The notes under the pieces are model-generated. The model was given only the letters and a program-made list of their open reading frames with translations, was not told the DNA's origin and searched no databases. From Spirochaetia bacterium (GTDB taxonomy: Bacteria; Spirochaetota; Spirochaetia; CAKZLE01), in NCBI GenBank assembly GCA_963677595.1, contig OY782041.1, forward strand, positions 1,760,001-1,824,000: a DNA stretch of 64,000 bases, written 5' to 3'. This document shows, in pieces, positions 28,439 to 38,440 of this stretch. Numbering within the stretch: position 1 is the stretch's first letter; each line of letters opens with the position of its first letter. The position numbers were made by a program, and so were the translations under genes.

Positions 28439-29821
28439 TTACCAGGATCCGCCTACAGCTGCTTCATAGAACTGCAGGAAGATCGTCAACGCCAGGATGT
28501 CGGCAGAACCTCCGGGGCTGATGTTCTCCGCGATGAACTCCCCGTCCAGCCGGGAGGCCTCCTGCAGGCCCTCAGGTCCTGAGAACCTCTCTGATCCTAT
28601 CAGGTCCTGCATCTCTCCCTGCAGCCTGAGCATCCGCTCATAGCTCGACCGGGAGATGATGTTCGTGTCCCCGGACACTGCCATGATCGCTGCCAGGGTC
28701 CTCACGCAGGCATCGTTGAACGACTGTCCGGCAGAAAGATGTTCATGCAATGTGGGGAGGGCGGTCCTGAAGACGATGGGGAAGCCTGCAGCAGCCTCTC
28801 CCCGGATGCCGGTCAGCCCGTAGCGGCTGAAGCAGCGCTTCCCCGCGGTGACAGCGGAGGAGTCAGAGAAATCGTCCATGAGATGGGTTGTCATCGCCGA
28901 GCAGGTACCGGCAAGCTGTTCCCGCGAGCAGCCTTCCGACCTCATATGGAGCCTGCCTGCCGCACAGCAGATGATGCCGAGGGAGAAGATCAAGCCTTTG
29001 TGGGTATTGACCCCGCCTGTGGCTTCGAACATGTCCAGCTCAGCCTCCCTGCCGACCGGGCGTATCAGCCCGAACAGCTTCACGGGGTCCAGTCCCGGGT
29101 TGCGTGAGCCGATGAGAGCAAGCTCCCGGAAGTAGGCACGCAGGCTCACGGCACTGTCGATGAAGGAGAAGAAGTCCATGTCGGTATGGGAGCCGCTGTT
29201 ATCACGGTCTACCAGGCCGGGCTTCGGGGTCACCGAAACCTCATAGAGCAGGGCCTTCACTGCCAGGTCTGCACAGAGTTCGGCATGCATCCCTATCTGA
29301 TGGTCCTTCATAATCTGGCAGGATGCTTCGAGGATCTCGTCCAGGCTGTGAGCACGGGAGCGTGCACAGACAGCAGCCTCCTTCCCGCAGAGCAGGCACC
29401 TTCGTTCGGGGAACCCGATCTCGGTTCGTGAGACCTTGGACCCGTCGAGCCGGATCACGTCGATGTCAAAGAGGCGCCCCAGGGGCGTCTCCTCTTCCAG
29501 TCCCGTCATGAGCCGCTTGATGGCTACTGGGTCACCCCCGGCGGGGATCAGGGCCTCATACCCGGTCGACTCCCGGGTCTCTGTCACGGCCTGCAGTGCG
29601 ATGCCCTCCGCCCGGCACCTTCGGGTGATGAGTCGCAGGCCCTCCTCGAAGGTCCGTACCGTGAGCGGGAAGACCTTGACCGGTCCCGCGATGTTCAGGG
29701 TGAAAGAGATAATGGGGGAATCGTAGGTCCCGATGAGTTCTCGCTGCAGGGCGCTGCGATGCTCCCGTGCATCGAGGATCTCCTCGAGAGTTACCTGTCT
29801 GCCTGTTACTGACGTATCCAT
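28439..29821 (-). CDS. citXG: Fused CitX (apo-citrate lyase phosphoribosyl-dephospho-CoA transferase) and CitG (triphosphoribosyl-dephospho-CoA synthase)
   Basis: N-half LEEILDARE, NIAGPVK, GRLFDIDV, RRCLLC..CARSRAH; C-half PKPGLVD, GVNTHKG, SPGGSAD. Confidence 0.92.
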   Translation of the reverse strand: MDTSVTGRQVTLEEILDAREHRSALQRELIGTYDSPIISFTLNIAGPVKVFPLTVRTFEEGLRLITRRCRAEGIALQAVTETRESTGYEALIPAGGDPVAIKRLMTGLEEETPLGRLFDIDVIRLDGSKVSRTEIGFPERRCLLCGKEAAVCARSRAHSLDEILEASCQIMKDHQIGMHAELCADLAVKALLYEVSVTPKPGLVDRDNSGSHTDMDFFSFIDSAVSLRAYFRELALIGSRNPGLDPVKLFGLIRPVGREAELDMFEATGGVNTHKGLIFSLGIICCAAGRLHMRSEGCSREQLAGTCSAMTTHLMDDFSDSSAVTAGKRCFSRYGLTGIRGEAAAGFPIVFRTALPTLHEHLSAGQSFNDACVRTLAAIMAVSGDTNIISRSSYERMLRLQGEMQDLIGSERFSGPEGLQEASRLDGEFIAENISPGGSADILALTIFLQFYEAAVGGSW

Positions 29822-30009
29822 TGAACCGCTCCCTATACCAGGTCCTTTCATTCCCCTGTTGTAAACAAGTTAGAAATATAGTCCAGAAATCTGTGTATGA
29901 CAAGCTTATAGAAAAGGGTATACAGGAGTTCGGTGAAAAGGCAGGCAGTCATACTCCAGGTTCTCCCATCGCCCGAAGCAGTATGGTATTCGTAAATGTA
30001 AGCAGAATT

Positions 30010-30040
30010 TCATAATGAATTCTAAAATGAAATTCACAAT
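30010..30040. promoter_or_regulatory. Candidate enhancer (UAS) copy 1 for the PrpR-like activator
   Basis: TCATAATGAATTCTAAAATGAAATTCACAAT; 26/31 identical to 38180-38210; about 140 bp upstream of a sigma54 site. Confidence 0.7.
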
Positions 30041-30177
30041 AGAATATATCTCAAGTAATACCTGCATGAGCCAGAGTGGCAGCATACCTTGGTTATACCA
30101 TGAACTTGTGCATGAAGTATAGTAACTGCTTGAAATAAAGAAAGATACTAAATCTTCCTTTCTCCGATGTGTTTTTT

Positions 30178-30193
30178 TGGCATGCATATTGCT
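30178..30193 (+). promoter_or_regulatory. sigma54 -24/-12 promoter
   Basis: TGGCATGCATATTGCT with GG-N10-GC spacing. Confidence 0.8.
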
Positions 30194-30248
30194 TTGGTAT
30201 CAGCACGTGGCGGCCACCCATGTTCTCTAAACAGGAAAGGTATAGAAG

Positions 30249-31130
30249 ATGAGAATTGGTTTCATAGGATTTGGTGAAGCAGCATATAATATCTCGTTGG
30301 GTCTCAAGGGAGAAGGTATGGACGGGATCATTGCGTATGATGCGATGATCGACCATGCCGAACTCGGTCCGCGGATCCGGGAGCGGGCAGGGGAGAGTGG
30401 TGTGACCATGGCATCCTCTGCTGTCGAAGTGGTGAAGGACGTTGACTACCTCTTCGTGGCAGTCCCTGCCGTGAATGCGCAGGATGTCTACCGGGAGATA
30501 GTCAGTGACCTGAGAGCTGGTCAGGTCTATATAGATGTCTGCGCAACGACCCCGGCAGTCAAGGAAGAGTTGACGAAAGGGGTGGAACAGGCAGGAGCTG
30601 TGTATGTCGATGCGGCGATGCTGGGATCGCTCCCGCTGAATAAGCATAGAGTGCCAATCACCGCAAGCGGGACCGGGGCTGCCAGGTTTCATGAGGAGAT
30701 GTCAGCATTCGGGATGCAGATCAAGTGTATCAGCTCCCAGGCAGGTGCAGCGTCAGCAGTCAAGCTGATCCGCAGTATCTTCATGAAGGGTATTGCATCC
30801 CTGATGTTCGAGATGCTTGAGGGAGCACAAGAGTATGATGTGATAGACGAGGTGGTGGAGTCCATATCCAAGTCCATGGATGGGATCCCGTTCGAGAGCC
30901 ACTTGAACCGCCTTGTCACAGGAACTGCCGTGCATGCTGCGAGAAGGGCAGCTGAACTGCAGGGGTCAGTCCAGATGCTCGCCGACTGTGATATCGACAA
31001 TGTGATGGCCATAGCTGCAAAGCACAAACATGAATTGGTTGCACAGCTGGTATCAGATAAGATGCATTCCGGCGATATCAAGGGTTACCGAGATACCATA
31101 ACGGCGATGCATGCAGCTTCAAGGAATTAG
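30249..31130 (+). CDS. NAD(P)-dependent beta-hydroxyacid dehydrogenase-like oxidoreductase (DUF1932-type)
   Basis: Rossmann motif GFIGFGEAA; ASAVKLIRSIFMKG; HAARRAAE. Confidence 0.8.
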   Translation: MRIGFIGFGEAAYNISLGLKGEGMDGIIAYDAMIDHAELGPRIRERAGESGVTMASSAVEVVKDVDYLFVAVPAVNAQDVYREIVSDLRAGQVYIDVCATTPAVKEELTKGVEQAGAVYVDAAMLGSLPLNKHRVPITASGTGAARFHEEMSAFGMQIKCISSQAGAASAVKLIRSIFMKGIASLMFEMLEGAQEYDVIDEVVESISKSMDGIPFESHLNRLVTGTAVHAARRAAELQGSVQMLADCDIDNVMAIAAKHKHELVAQLVSDKMHSGDIKGYRDTITAMHAASRN

Positions 31131-31139
31131 GAGAAATTT

Positions 31140-31841
31140 ATGCCTGTAGGAAAACGGATATATTTACAGAGGGACCTGCCTGATGCCGGGCTGGTCGAGG
31201 AGTTCAAGAACATCCCCGCATCCAATTGCGCGGATGTCATGGAGCGATCCTGCGGGATGAACCCCCGTATTCGCTTGATGAGCAGCCCGAAGAGCCAGAT
31301 GATGGCCGGGCCTGCCTTCACCGTGAAGGCACGGGCTGGGGATAACCTGCTCATCCATGCCGCACTGAACCTGGTGCAGGAAGGTGATGTGCTGGTAGTC
31401 TCGAATGAAGGGGACCAGACCCGTTCATTGATCGGTGAGGTGATGCTTGCCTACCTGTTCTTTACGAAGAAAGTGGCAGGGATCATCCTTGATGGGCCAA
31501 TCCGTGACATAGATGAAGTCAAGAACTGGGACTTCCCGATCTATGCCACCGGGACGACGCCCGGAGGTCCCTATAAGGAAGGACCGGGTGAGGTCAATGT
31601 GCCGATCTCCTGCGGGGAGCAGAGCGTGAGGCCGGGAGATATCATCCTTGCTGATCCTGACGGGATCATCGTCATACCGAGGAAGGATGCCCCATCGATC
31701 CTGGAAGATGCCAAGGCGTTCCAGGCAATGGATGAGCAGAAGCTTGAAGCAGCCAAGAACGGGACAGCGAACCGGGAATGGGTGGGCAAACTGCTTGAAA
31801 CCAAGGGGTTTGAGATAATTGATGCTGTATATCGTGATTGA
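31140..31841 (+). CDS. RraA family protein (HMG/CHA aldolase-like)
   Basis: GPAFTV..GDNL..H.AL, GEVM, DGPIRD, PGDII.AD.DG motifs. Confidence 0.88.
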   Translation: MPVGKRIYLQRDLPDAGLVEEFKNIPASNCADVMERSCGMNPRIRLMSSPKSQMMAGPAFTVKARAGDNLLIHAALNLVQEGDVLVVSNEGDQTRSLIGEVMLAYLFFTKKVAGIILDGPIRDIDEVKNWDFPIYATGTTPGGPYKEGPGEVNVPISCGEQSVRPGDIILADPDGIIVIPRKDAPSILEDAKAFQAMDEQKLEAAKNGTANREWVGKLLETKGFEIIDAVYRD

Positions 31842-31868
31842 CACGTTATATAATAAATGGAGGTTGTT

Positions 31869-32819
31869 ATGAAAAAGATTCTAGTAGTTCTGGTGTTATT
31901 GAGCATGATGTTCGGGTTGTACGCCCAGGGTGGACAGGAAGCTGCTGAGGGTGCCGATGCATGGCCAAGCCAGCCGATTAATGTCCTGGTTCCTGCCTCT
32001 GCCGGTGGTGGTGCTGACATCATCACTCGTATTATCATGAAATATGTAACCGAAGAGACTGGCCAGCCTGTGGTTATTACCAATATGACAGGTCTTGCTG
32101 GTTATGAGATGGTACGGAAGCAGGAAGCGAACGGGTATAACTATGTATTCGGTATCACCGGCTTGCTGATCTCGGCGGCACAGGGCCAGCTCGATTTCGG
32201 GCATGAGGCTTTTGATGCAGTATTCTGTCCGGGACTTGATTTCTCCAACGGGATCCTGGTGCGGGGTGATTCTCCCTATAAGACACTGGATGACCTGTTC
32301 GATGCGATCAAGGCTGATTCCACAAGTGTGACTGGCGGGATCTCGATGACCGGTTACCCATACCTGTGCTATAGAGGTATTGAGGATGCACTTGGGATCG
32401 ATATGTACTGTGTTGATGCAGGGAACACTGGGGAGAGAGCTGTGGCGCTGCTCGGCGGACAGGTTGATTTCATCATTTCTGGTATGGCTGCTATCACGGG
32501 ATACCTTGAATCCGGCGATTTCCGATACCTGGCTATCACCTCTGAAGAACGGAACCCCTTCATCCCTGACGTGCCGACTTTCAAGGAGCTAGGATATGAC
32601 TTCTCTTATGCTGGCCAGGGCGGATACCTGCTGGCACCCAAGGGCACTGATCCTGAGATCATCGAGAAGTTCAACTCGCTGTTCCATGATAAGATCCAGA
32701 CCAACCCTGAATACCAGGAAGAGATCTCCAGGTTCGGTATGGTCGATGTGGATTATTCCCCTGCGGAGCTTGCCACGGAACTTGATAAAGCCGCTGCAGG
32801 TTTCAAGAAATTCCTGTAA
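31869..32819 (+). CDS. tctC: Tripartite tricarboxylate transporter substrate-binding protein
   Basis: Signal peptide; WPSQPINVLVPASAGGGADIITR; ALLGGQVD; PDVPTFKELG. Confidence 0.9.
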   Translation: MKKILVVLVLLSMMFGLYAQGGQEAAEGADAWPSQPINVLVPASAGGGADIITRIIMKYVTEETGQPVVITNMTGLAGYEMVRKQEANGYNYVFGITGLLISAAQGQLDFGHEAFDAVFCPGLDFSNGILVRGDSPYKTLDDLFDAIKADSTSVTGGISMTGYPYLCYRGIEDALGIDMYCVDAGNTGERAVALLGGQVDFIISGMAAITGYLESGDFRYLAITSEERNPFIPDVPTFKELGYDFSYAGQGGYLLAPKGTDPEIIEKFNSLFHDKIQTNPEYQEEISRFGMVDVDYSPAELATELDKAAAGFKKFL

Positions 32820-32850
32820 ACTGAACGATATATAAAGGTAGAGTAGTAGG

Positions 32851-33384
32851 ATGAACAGCAAAATTGACAATTGGTTTTCCAAATGGTCAGTAAATTTCAC
32901 AACCTATAAGATGCTTGCATTGGGGATCGTGTTGATAGTCTTGTCTATCTTCATGCTCCTGCAGACACCTGGGTACGTGCGTGCCGACGGGTTGAACGCA
33001 GTGGACAGTGCTGCGTTCGCACCCCGTCTGGTATATTCGGTATTACTGATATTCGGTGTTGTGATCACTGTCCAGCAGGTACTCCTTCTTAAGGCTCTCA
33101 AGATAGAGAAAGAGGAGATGACTGTATCAAAAGACGATAATGCGGGGAATCAGAAAGCTCTACTCATCCTGGGCACTATATTAGTGTATATAGTGCTCAT
33201 GTATATCCTTGGTTTTATTCTAGCCTCGATCCTTTACCTGATGAGCAATATGATAATCATGTCGGAAAAAGGGTCGAGGAATATCAAAATGTATCTGTTG
33301 ATTTCGGTGATCATCTCGGTCGTCGTATATTATTGTTTTAAAGAATTCATTTTTGTGAATTTGCCGACAGGTATGCTGTTTTAG
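32851..33384 (+). CDS. tctB: Tripartite tricarboxylate transporter small subunit
   Basis: 4-5 TMs, AFAPR, C-terminal F.VNLPTG; lies between tctC and tctA. Confidence 0.85.
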   Translation: MNSKIDNWFSKWSVNFTTYKMLALGIVLIVLSIFMLLQTPGYVRADGLNAVDSAAFAPRLVYSVLLIFGVVITVQQVLLLKALKIEKEEMTVSKDDNAGNQKALLILGTILVYIVLMYILGFILASILYLMSNMIIMSEKGSRNIKMYLLISVIISVVVYYCFKEFIFVNLPTGMLF

Positions 33385-33403
33385 GCAGCGGAAGAGGTTT
33401 ACT

Positions 33404-34921
33404 ATGTTTGCTGCGTTAATTAGCCTTCTCACACCATTGAATATTCTGTTAGTGGTCTGCGGTGTCATTGTCGGTATCCTGTTCGGGGCTATCCCGGGGT
33501 TGAGTTCCACCATGGCGATAGCTCTCTTCCTGCCTGTTACGTTCGCCTTCGATGTGACGAGTGCTTTCGTCCTTCTGACGGCTCTCTACATAGGGGGGGT
33601 CTCTGGAGGCCTGATATCCGCGATCCTGATCAATATACCCGGATCTGCGATGTCCATAGCCACCACGTACGACGGGTCGCCTATGGCGAAGAACGGACAG
33701 GCTCACAGGGCATTGGGCATCGGTATCGTGTTCTCCTTTCTCGGGACCATGTTCGGTCTCATCGTCCTCATCGCTGCAGCTCCGCCCCTATCAAGTCTCA
33801 CGATCAAGCTGAGCTCGTATGACTTCTTTGCCTTGACGTTATTGTCGTTGACGCTTATCTCAGGGGTCTCTGGCAAGAATATGATGCTGGGATTGGTATC
33901 AGGTTTCATCGGGCTTGCTATCGCGATGGTCGGGATAGCCCCGATCGACGGAGTCCCGCGCTATACATTCGGGAACTACCAGCTGTTGAATGGGTTCTCA
34001 CTCCTTCCGGGAGTCATCGGGTTATTCGCCGTGACGGAGATCATGAAGTCCGTGAGTGAGATGCATAAGAAGCCTGTGATCAAAGCTGAAACAGAGCGGG
34101 TGAGGGGATTCGGCTTTACGTTTCGTGAAATGATAGGCCAGACGAAGAATTTTCTCATATCCTCGGTGATTGGGTTGGTCGTTGGGTTCCTGCCTGGTAT
34201 GGGCGGTTCCCTGGCGAACCAGGTTGCGTATGCCGCTGTCCAGAAGAACTCAAAACATCCTGAGAAGTTCGGGACCGGTATCATGGATGGTATCGTCGCA
34301 TCGGAATCCTCGAACAATGCCTCTATCGGCGGGGCTATGATTCCGCTGCTTACCCTCGGTATTCCCGGGGACGGCCCGACAGCCATGCTGCTCGGTGCCT
34401 TCATGATCCATGGGGTAGTACCGGGGCCTCTGCTCTTCACAACAAGTAAGCCATTGGTGAACTTGATCTTCCTCTCGCTGATAGTCTGTTCAGTTGTCAT
34501 GCTGTTCATCGAGTACTATGGCTTGAGGCTGTTCGTGAAAGCCTTAAATGTCCCAAAAGCGATTCTACTCCCGGCGATCCTCGTCTTGTGTACGGTAGGG
34601 TCCTTCGCGAATAACAACACGATGTTCGATGTCTGGACGCTGTTGATCTTTGGTGTGTTCGGGTATCTCCTGCATAAGATGAAGGTTCCCCGGGCTCCGA
34701 TGGTCTTGGGATTCGTGCTTGGGCCGGCGGTCGAGACCCATCTGCGGCGAGCCGTTCAGCTTAGCCGGGGCTCTATCACGCCGTTCTTCACTCACCCGAT
34801 CAGTGCGGTGCTGCTTCTGGGAAGCCTGGTCATTATCGTGCTTTCTTTTGTAGCCCAATTCAAGTCGATAAAGGAAGAGAAGCTCAAGGCCGCAGCAATG
34901 CAGGCTGGTGAAGGGAAGTGA
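33404..34921 (+). CDS. tctA: Tripartite tricarboxylate transporter large subunit
   Basis: GAIPGL, SAILINIPG, ESSNNA..GG.MIPLLTLGIPG motifs. Confidence 0.93.
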   Translation: MFAALISLLTPLNILLVVCGVIVGILFGAIPGLSSTMAIALFLPVTFAFDVTSAFVLLTALYIGGVSGGLISAILINIPGSAMSIATTYDGSPMAKNGQAHRALGIGIVFSFLGTMFGLIVLIAAAPPLSSLTIKLSSYDFFALTLLSLTLISGVSGKNMMLGLVSGFIGLAIAMVGIAPIDGVPRYTFGNYQLLNGFSLLPGVIGLFAVTEIMKSVSEMHKKPVIKAETERVRGFGFTFREMIGQTKNFLISSVIGLVVGFLPGMGGSLANQVAYAAVQKNSKHPEKFGTGIMDGIVASESSNNASIGGAMIPLLTLGIPGDGPTAMLLGAFMIHGVVPGPLLFTTSKPLVNLIFLSLIVCSVVMLFIEYYGLRLFVKALNVPKAILLPAILVLCTVGSFANNNTMFDVWTLLIFGVFGYLLHKMKVPRAPMVLGFVLGPAVETHLRRAVQLSRGSITPFFTHPISAVLLLGSLVIIVLSFVAQFKSIKEEKLKAAAMQAGEGK

Positions 34922-34966
34922 TCCTGCGGGATATGATGTTCGGTACCAATAGGCGGCAGGAAGGAT

Positions 34967-36103
34967 ATGTTTGACTTACTGATCAAGAATGGTGAACTGC
35001 TCGGGCTCGGCAGCGGGCACGCAGGTGTCGGTGATATAGCGGTAAAGGGGAACAGGATCGCGAAGATCGGCAAGGTTCCCGAGGCTGAGGCCTCCCGCGT
35101 CATCGATGCCGCGGGCTGTATCGTGAGCCCGGGACTCATCGATTTCCACCTGCACCTCTCCCCCCTGGCAGAGATCGGGGTCTGCGGGGAAGCGGCATGT
35201 TTCCCCTCAGGTGTGACGACTGCGGTGGACTGCGGCAGTGCCGGGGTCGGGACCTATCTCGGTCATCGTCCGGCTCTTGCTGCAAGCCGACTCGGGGTCT
35301 ATACCTTCCTTCACGTAAGTTCAGCCGGGCTCGCTACCGGCAGTTATCTTGAGAATGCAGACCCAGCATACTTCAACCGCGCGAAGATCATCGAGCACTT
35401 CGAGCGCTGGGGGGAAGAGGAACTGATCGGGCTGAAGATCCGTCAGGGAAAGGAGATCGTCGGCGATCTCGGGCTGGAGCCCCTCCGTGAGACGATCGGG
35501 ATAGCCGATGAACTGCAGGTGCCGGTGATGGTCCACTGTTCCAATCCGCCGAGTTCTATCGACAGCATGCTCGACCTGCTGCGCCCTGGGGATATCATCA
35601 CCCATGCGTACCAGGATAACGGCGGCAGTATCCTGGGGAGCGATGGCGCCGTATCGAGCAGGGCGAGAGCCGCACGTGCACGCGGGGTGCTCTTCGATGT
35701 CGCTAATGCGAACATCCATTTCTCGTTCAAGGTGGCGAGACAGGCCATCAGTGAAGGATTCCTGCCGGATACCATCAGCACTGACCTCACCACACGGAGC
35801 CTTTATTACCGCCCGAATGTGTTCAACCTGCTCCATGTCATGTCGAAATACCTGAATATGGGGATGTCGATTGAACAGGTGTTCGAGCGCTGCACCATCA
35901 AGCCCGCGCAGATCATTGGGAGGAAGGGGCTGACCGCGACCCTCGAGGAGGGGCACCTTGCCGATATCGCCGTCATTCGCAAGATCAGGAAAGATGTCAT
36001 CTTCGGCGATCGTGTCGGAGAAACGCTGCAGGGTGCATTCTTCCTGAAAGCGATGGCTACGATCAAGGATGGCATGCTGGTGTACCGCGACCAGGAATTC
36101 TAA
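34967..36103 (+). CDS. Dihydroorotase-like amidohydrolase/deacylase
   Basis: PGLIDFHLH, GVTTAVDCGSAG, GLKIR, VMVH, GDIITH, PDTISTD motifs. Confidence 0.85.
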   Translation: MFDLLIKNGELLGLGSGHAGVGDIAVKGNRIAKIGKVPEAEASRVIDAAGCIVSPGLIDFHLHLSPLAEIGVCGEAACFPSGVTTAVDCGSAGVGTYLGHRPALAASRLGVYTFLHVSSAGLATGSYLENADPAYFNRAKIIEHFERWGEEELIGLKIRQGKEIVGDLGLEPLRETIGIADELQVPVMVHCSNPPSSIDSMLDLLRPGDIITHAYQDNGGSILGSDGAVSSRARAARARGVLFDVANANIHFSFKVARQAISEGFLPDTISTDLTTRSLYYRPNVFNLLHVMSKYLNMGMSIEQVFERCTIKPAQIIGRKGLTATLEEGHLADIAVIRKIRKDVIFGDRVGETLQGAFFLKAMATIKDGMLVYRDQEF

Positions 36104-36210
36104 GGACTGTTTGACACGACATCTGCTGATTTCTCTGCTATACTATGAGGGGATGTAATACGATTCCCTGTTCAGACACGCAGGGAGGCTTTCGGGAAGA
36201 CTGACATCAT

Positions 36211-38136
36211 ATGAGTAAGATAGTAATATTTTCAACGACGCCGGGCATGACCCAGAGCTGCAGCTCCATCTTGAAGAAGCGGAATATCACCGATATCCCG
36301 ATCTACGAGCTGACGATGTACCGAGCCCTGGAGAAAGCGCAGGAGTGCCAGCTCTCCGGTACCAAGGTGTTCGTCTGCAGGGGAGGGTCCGCCTCATTCC
36401 TCCGTGAACACCTCGATGCCCCGATCGTCGATATCAGGCACAGCTTCCTGAGTTTCTTCGTCACCATAAAGAAGCGACTCCTCTCTGACGAGAAGGTCGC
36501 GGTCATCGGGTTCTCCCAGTTCTGTGATACGGCCAGGAAATACAATATGGTCTTGAACGAGTCCCTGATCGTCATCCCCGTGCAGGATGCCCAGGAATTC
36601 GAGTCGGCGTTCCTCCAGGCTCGTGAAGCCGGGGCACAGGTGATCATAGGCGGCCTGCAGGTCAAGCGTATCTGTGACAGGAATGACTTCCCCTTCTTTT
36701 CCATCTATCCGGAGGAGATGGAAGTGGAGCAGGCCTTGGATGAGGCGTTCTACAACCTGTATGTTGAGGAGGAGCGGGAGAAACAGTTCAGTATCATCTC
36801 GACTATCCTGCACAGTACCTCGGAAGGGATCATCGGTATCGACACCTCAGGAGCTATCCTCCATATCAACAAGAATGCGCAGGAACTGCTTCAATATAGT
36901 GCAGATGGTGAGAACAGGTACCTGAAGAGTCTCATCTCGAACAAGAATATCCTTGATACCATCAGGACAGGAGACCCCATCCATGATGAGCTGCTGACCA
37001 TAGATAAGCTCTCCCTGGTGATCAGCTGCCTGCCGATCGTGCAGGGCGGCAACATCACCGGGGCGGTCATCACCATGCAGGAAGAGACGAACATCCAGAT
37101 CATCGATTCGAAGATCAGGAAACGCCAGATCAGTACCGGTCGTTTCGCTAAGATGAACTTCAACGATGTCATCGGTGAATCTCCCGAGATCATCAGGACG
37201 AAGAAGACAGCCAAGAAGTTTGCCCAGACCGACAGTACGATACTCCTGTCCGGAGAGACTGGGACCGGTAAGGAGCTGTTCGCACAGAGTATACATAATT
37301 ACAGTATGAGACGGAATATGCCGTTCATAGCCATAAACTGTGCTGCCCTGCCTCAGAGTATCCTGGAAAGTGAGTTGTTCGGGTATGCAGGGGGTGCCTT
37401 CACCGGGGCGAAAGCCGGGGGTAAGGCTGGTGTGTTCGAGCAGGCCCACAAGGGGACGGTATTTCTCGACGAGATCACGGAGATCCCGATGGATGTACAG
37501 GCGAAACTGCTTCGGGTGCTGCAGGAGAAGGAGATCACGCGGATCGGCGACAACCGGATGATCCCCATCGATATCCGGATCATCGCGGCATGCAATAAGA
37601 ACCTCTACCAGGAAGTGAAGAATAGACAGTTCCGGGAGGACCTGTATTATCGGCTGTGTGTCCTGGAGTTGAAACTGCCGTCGCTGCGGGATCGTAAGGA
37701 TGATATCCCGGCTCTCTTCAGCCATTTCCTGCAGGGAGAACGGACACTGACTGACAAGGCCCTTGAGATCCTCTATACCTACAGCTGGCCGGGTAACGTA
37801 CGGCAGTTGATCAATGTGACTGAACGGGCGAATGTCGTCTTGAAGGACAACGTGATCGATGAGGATGTCATGGGGGATCTCATAGACTCCCAGGAGACCG
37901 GCACCATGGATACCGGCGTTGAGAATCAGCATCCTTCCATCCTGGATTATGTACGCCATACTCTGGATGATTTTACGAATATAGCATCAGTCTCGGATGG
38001 ACTGCTGCGAGTGATCGAGAAGCATGTCATCCTCGATATCCTGGCAAAGACGAACGGGAATCGGGAGAAGGCTGCGGCGATCCTTGGGATCAGTATCTCG
38101 ACGTTGTGGCGTAAGGAAAAATCATATAAGTCCTGA
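36211..38136 (+). CDS. sigma54-dependent activator, PrpR-like (PrpR_N, PAS, AAA+, Fis HTH)
   Basis: N-terminal CRGGSA; GETGTGKE; ESELFGY..GAFTGA intact; FLDEI; FREDLYYRL; WPGNVR; C-terminal HTH. Confidence 0.92.
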   Translation: MSKIVIFSTTPGMTQSCSSILKKRNITDIPIYELTMYRALEKAQECQLSGTKVFVCRGGSASFLREHLDAPIVDIRHSFLSFFVTIKKRLLSDEKVAVIGFSQFCDTARKYNMVLNESLIVIPVQDAQEFESAFLQAREAGAQVIIGGLQVKRICDRNDFPFFSIYPEEMEVEQALDEAFYNLYVEEEREKQFSIISTILHSTSEGIIGIDTSGAILHINKNAQELLQYSADGENRYLKSLISNKNILDTIRTGDPIHDELLTIDKLSLVISCLPIVQGGNITGAVITMQEETNIQIIDSKIRKRQISTGRFAKMNFNDVIGESPEIIRTKKTAKKFAQTDSTILLSGETGTGKELFAQSIHNYSMRRNMPFIAINCAALPQSILESELFGYAGGAFTGAKAGGKAGVFEQAHKGTVFLDEITEIPMDVQAKLLRVLQEKEITRIGDNRMIPIDIRIIAACNKNLYQEVKNRQFREDLYYRLCVLELKLPSLRDRKDDIPALFSHFLQGERTLTDKALEILYTYSWPGNVRQLINVTERANVVLKDNVIDEDVMGDLIDSQETGTMDTGVENQHPSILDYVRHTLDDFTNIASVSDGLLRVIEKHVILDILAKTNGNREKAAAILGISISTLWRKEKSYKS

Positions 38137-38179
38137 ACTGGGCAGGGTGAGCAGTAGTGAAACGTGCTTCACAGAAATG

Positions 38180-38210
38180 TCAAAATGAATTCTATTATGA
38201 AATACAAAAT
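38180..38210. promoter_or_regulatory. Candidate enhancer (UAS) copy 2
   Basis: TCAAAATGAATTCTATTATGAAATACAAAAT; 26/31 identical to 30010-30040; about 135 bp upstream of a sigma54 site. Confidence 0.7.
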
Positions 38211-38342
38211 GGAATCTCCCCTTCTGATCATAGCGCATGAGGAAGATACCTTCCTGTGCCTGAAGCGTAAACAATGCTTAAGGATCTTCTAAGTATAGGC
38301 ATAGTAACAAGATACCTTCTCTTGAAATGTGTGTGGACAGAT

Positions 38343-38358
38343 TGGCATGAATAATGCT
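38343..38358 (+). promoter_or_regulatory. sigma54 -24/-12 promoter of the MBL gene
   Basis: TGGCATGAATAATGCT with GG-N10-GC spacing. Confidence 0.75.
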
Positions 38359-38440
38359 TTTAGTTTTCAAGGATGTTTACCTTTTTGTTGGGCGAATACA
38401 GGGGTTCACACAGGAATGATCAGGATGCAAAGGAAAGAGT

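Noticed and set aside
28439-29821. CitX-CitG fusion as a novelty
   Set aside because: CitXG fusions are already known in several bacteria.
29906-30187. 93-aa minus-strand ORF
   Set aside because: Overlaps the UAS and sigma54 promoter in an AT-rich regulatory gap; no protein-like features.
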